From assembly GCA_002633005.1 (NCBI GenBank), contig NMRA01000012.1, forward strand, positions 824,564-888,563: DNA of 64,000 bases. The letters run 5' to 3'. How positions within the stretch are numbered: position 1 is the first letter of the stretch; each line of letters starts with the position of its first letter. The position numbers and the translations under genes were made by a program. Source of the DNA: Phoronis australis. Its lineage: Eukaryota > Animalia > Phoronida. Below the pieces are notes generated by a model. The model was not told the origin of the DNA, made no database searches, and saw only the letters and a list, made by a program, of their open reading frames with translations. Positions 61,001 through 64,000 of the stretch are shown here, piece after piece.

Positions 61001-62183
61001 AGAGGGTACTGCAAGCTGCAGCTGTCAGACAGCAAATCGTAACCGTGAACGAGGTCACGCTGGTCAAATGCAAGCTTGAGTTAGACGTCGCGGCCACTCA
61101 GTGTTGTGCTGATGCGGATTATGTAAGTCTATCCGGCCCTGGTAAGTTATGTTGTCACAATGGCTGACCGTTTTAAAACGATTACAGTACCGGGTTGTTC
61201 CACTAAGAGGAATTTGGGACTATAGAACTTACGAGTATGACCTTTGAATCAAAATTTAGTTAGTTGTTGACTCGCCTTGCTGCCGGGTTCATGAAATCTG
61301 TTGGATGAGACTACTCCGCGTACGTGCAGGCTATATAATTGGCCAGCTTGTCTACTTCTTCTCACGAATTCAGTATTATTTTCCACGGCAGATCAATGAC
61401 AGATTTTTCTGGTTAGTCTCGACTCCCGGCCATATTGGCATTGTGTTTTCACCTAGCTGAGAAGCATACGTAAGCCTACTTGTGGACTCTGAGAAAAACG
61501 AATAATGTAATTTTATCATCCTAGAACGGCACGATGCGGTGACTGACTTATGTTTGGAAAACCTGACGTCTGATAGCGCCAATTTCTCCTAAAGGCCGGT
61601 TTGTGATTCATTGGAAAGTTTCACGCGTGGGATACGAACCCAGTGTAAATCGTTTTTATGGACTCCGTAAGGAGGAACTTGCCTGATTATCTGTTTGTGT
61701 GGTACCTAGATTTGTTATTTGTTCGATGTAAACGTTTTCTTGCATTGCCGTATCGGTCCGATCGCAAGCGTGAGTCGGGTATACGTATCTTCAACTATAT
61801 ACGTTGCCTTCCTTCAGTTAAACCAGCTTATGATCCAGGCCACACTTGCTACAAACTCACGTAACCTAAGCTGTTCCTTACGAGGATCAGTTAGTGTTTC
61901 TGAACATGCACTGGAGTGTTCTGCAATGTCTGGTGTCTGTTGAGACCTTCATGCACGCATAAACTGATCCGCCAGTACAATCAACTGAGCCTGAATCAAT
62001 GACTAATTCAGTGCCACTGAGATTTCCCTAAGCCCAAAACTGATGAAGTACACTACGGATAAACTGAGACCAGTTTTACAACCCGCTCAAGTGATTTAAA
62101 TGCGCCCCGAAAAGCTGAGACTGAATCAAGATCTGTGACCAGTGTTCATGGGTGGATCCAGGATTTTGAGTCGGGGGGGGGGG

Positions 62184-62357
62184 NNNNNNNNNNNNNNNNN
62201 NNNNNNNNNNNNNNNNNNNNNNNNNNNNNNNNNNNNNNNNNNNNNNNNNNNNNNNNNNNNNNNNNNNNNNNNNNNNNNNNNNNNNNNNNNNNNNNNNNNN
62301 NNNNNNNNNNNNNNNNNNNNNNNNNNNNNNNNNNNNNNNNNNNNNNNNNNNNNNNNN
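62184..62357. other. Assembly gap (174 N)
   Basis: Run of N. Confidence 1.
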
Positions 62358-63071
62358 TATGTCTATACAAAGAATGACCAAGGGGGCACCCACATTGACA
62401 AAGTGACCGCATTCGCGAACAGTGTACAGTACCAGAAATTGCGGGGAGGCTGTATTTTCATAGCAAAAGTCTTGCGGTACTCGTGCACTGTTCAATAGGC
62501 CTCCTAAGGAGTCCTAGTTCCGACCTCAACACATACCATCTTTCTACCTGCAATAAGCACCACTGCCGTCTTCTATACTGGGAATTTCCGCAGAAAGGCC
62601 CACCCGATGAAACGCTCATGCCCATGGGCATTTATTTGATGTTAGTACTTCGGGTTTCAAGCGTTCAGACACTGGGGCGATTATTCCGAAATTGCAAGAG
62701 ATGCAAATAGGTCCTGGGATACATCGTCTAGGTTTGAAGTAGTTCATGATGAACTTACGGATCAAATTTAGTTGCGCATGGAAGTCTTTTGAATGGACTT
62801 GGCAACCTCAGGGGGCTTAGTGCCAATTGAGCTGCGAAACGAGATGCTGACATTGTAGAGGCTTACAAGCTCATTGACACAGCAGTTGACGAAGTGCAAG
62901 CGTTGGGAACAAACATCGAAGATGTCTGGGTAGAATGGTTCCAAGACAAGCAAACCATTGGATCCGATATACAGATTCCTCGGCAGTCAAGACAAGGACT
63001 AACGTTCCTGGAGAAACACCCACGTAATAAGTTATAATTTTACACATTTTGTACATAATGTCGGTTTTTTA
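62358..63071 (+). mobile_element. Duplicated hAT-relic segment, copy 2
   Basis: Near-identical to 57343-58056 (offset 5015); hAT-like terminus CATGGGTGGATCCAGGATTTT before the gap. Confidence 0.7.
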
Positions 63072-63486
63072 TGCTTGTGTACAATGAAAACGAAATAAGA
63101 AATTATTTTTGGTCATGCCAAATTTACCCAGTACAGCAGAGGGTCTACGAGCGCACAGAAACTGATTCTGGTTTGTATTTCCACTTGACTCTATCTGCTT
63201 CATATCCAAAATCTATTTCACGTAGTGCGTAGTTAAATTTGTACTCTGTCTCAATACTTGTTTCTTCCAGTGAGTACAACAGAACGGTGCGAAAACCCTT
63301 CCTAGACAACCTCTCGCAGCAGTTGACGACCAGATGTATAAAATACACGTATGAGCAACCACTGGGCATTAAAAAGTGTCTAGAGAAAAGTTTCCAATTC
63401 AAAATTTTTTGCATAGTACACGTTAGGTCTCGCGACGGACCAGGCCAGCTTGATTTGTGTAGATATTGAGTTTCAGTGTACTTCTG

Positions 63487-63887
63487 GGCCCGGTCTGTAA
63501 TCTTTGTACTCGAAACGAACTCGAAACTATTTTTGGCAATTTCTCTGCTCATTTTGTGTGAACTTAAGATAATTGGTTATCAGAATGTGCTCGAATACAT
63601 TATAGTTTATGCATAGGAGTTTCTAGTTCAAGTTTGCCCTTGAAGACCCTTATATTCGTGCTACAAACTCGAGTAAAAATTCGAAATTTCGAGTTCAAAC
63701 TCGAACTTATTGCTTTAATATTGGGTTTACAAACTGTGAACTAAGGGCAATAAATTATCTACGTAAGTTATTGTGTATTCGAGCATAGAATAATAGACAA
63801 TTATCTTGATTTCGCCCAAAAGTAGAGTAGAAAATGCCAAACCAAATTTTGAGTTCCATTTCGAGTAAAAATATTGGAGACCGGTCC
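63487..63887 (+). mobile_element. Harbinger-like MITE
   Basis: CTG|GGCCCGGTCT...TACTCGAAA ... TTTCGAGTA...AGACCGGTCC|CTG; 3-bp CWG TSD. Confidence 0.75.
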
Positions 63888-64000
63888 CTGGTCCCTGGGT
63901 GAACTAGTCTTGTGATGTTTTTTTTTTTACCAAAGTTTGATTTGTAAACTTATTTATCTCAGCCAGTACTTTCGTCCCGCGAGAGACCGACTACTTTTAT

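Noticed and set aside
60985-61146. Possible plus-strand exon with two GTAAGT donors and a CTCF-like AGGTGGCGCTG
   Set aside because: No start or downstream exon could be linked; short motifs insufficient.
63120-63552. 135-aa minus ORF with a hydrophobic stretch; faint sulfotransferase-like CARRPSAVL in another frame
   Set aside because: Starts within a MITE, no recognisable motif in frame; similarity too weak.

Overview
Eukaryotic, invertebrate-like genomic DNA (spliceosomal introns, dense DNA-transposon relics, N-gaps); the organism cannot be named from the sequence. Recognisable genes: (1) a complete 18-exon SAC1/SACM1L phosphoinositide phosphatase (+, 31013-49542, 592 aa) containing a U12-type minor intron; (2) an intronless 390-aa atypical SDR/NAD-dependent epimerase-like gene with signal peptide and C-terminal HDEL (+, 54035-55207). 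Not resolved by the ORF track but reconstructable by hand: a minus-strand 4-exon gene (20147->10738) for a 259-aa secreted, basic, 12-Cys protein I do not recognise, with an apparent two-domain internal repeat, plus a tandem paralog about 17.5-18.3 kb away (1879->1037, running off the left edge) that has a candidate 9-nt microexon in its signal peptide and a conserved TATA/CRE/ETS promoter. Also a ~635-codon orphan ORF broken by two compensating frameshifts (22308-24212). The rest is mostly DNA-transposon material: four Kolobok copies, a full-length decayed ISL2EU (THAP + SAP/YqaJ), hAT, Harbinger- and Academ-like MITEs, a patchwork inverted/tandem repeat and minisatellites. All calls are by eye; no database searches were run.
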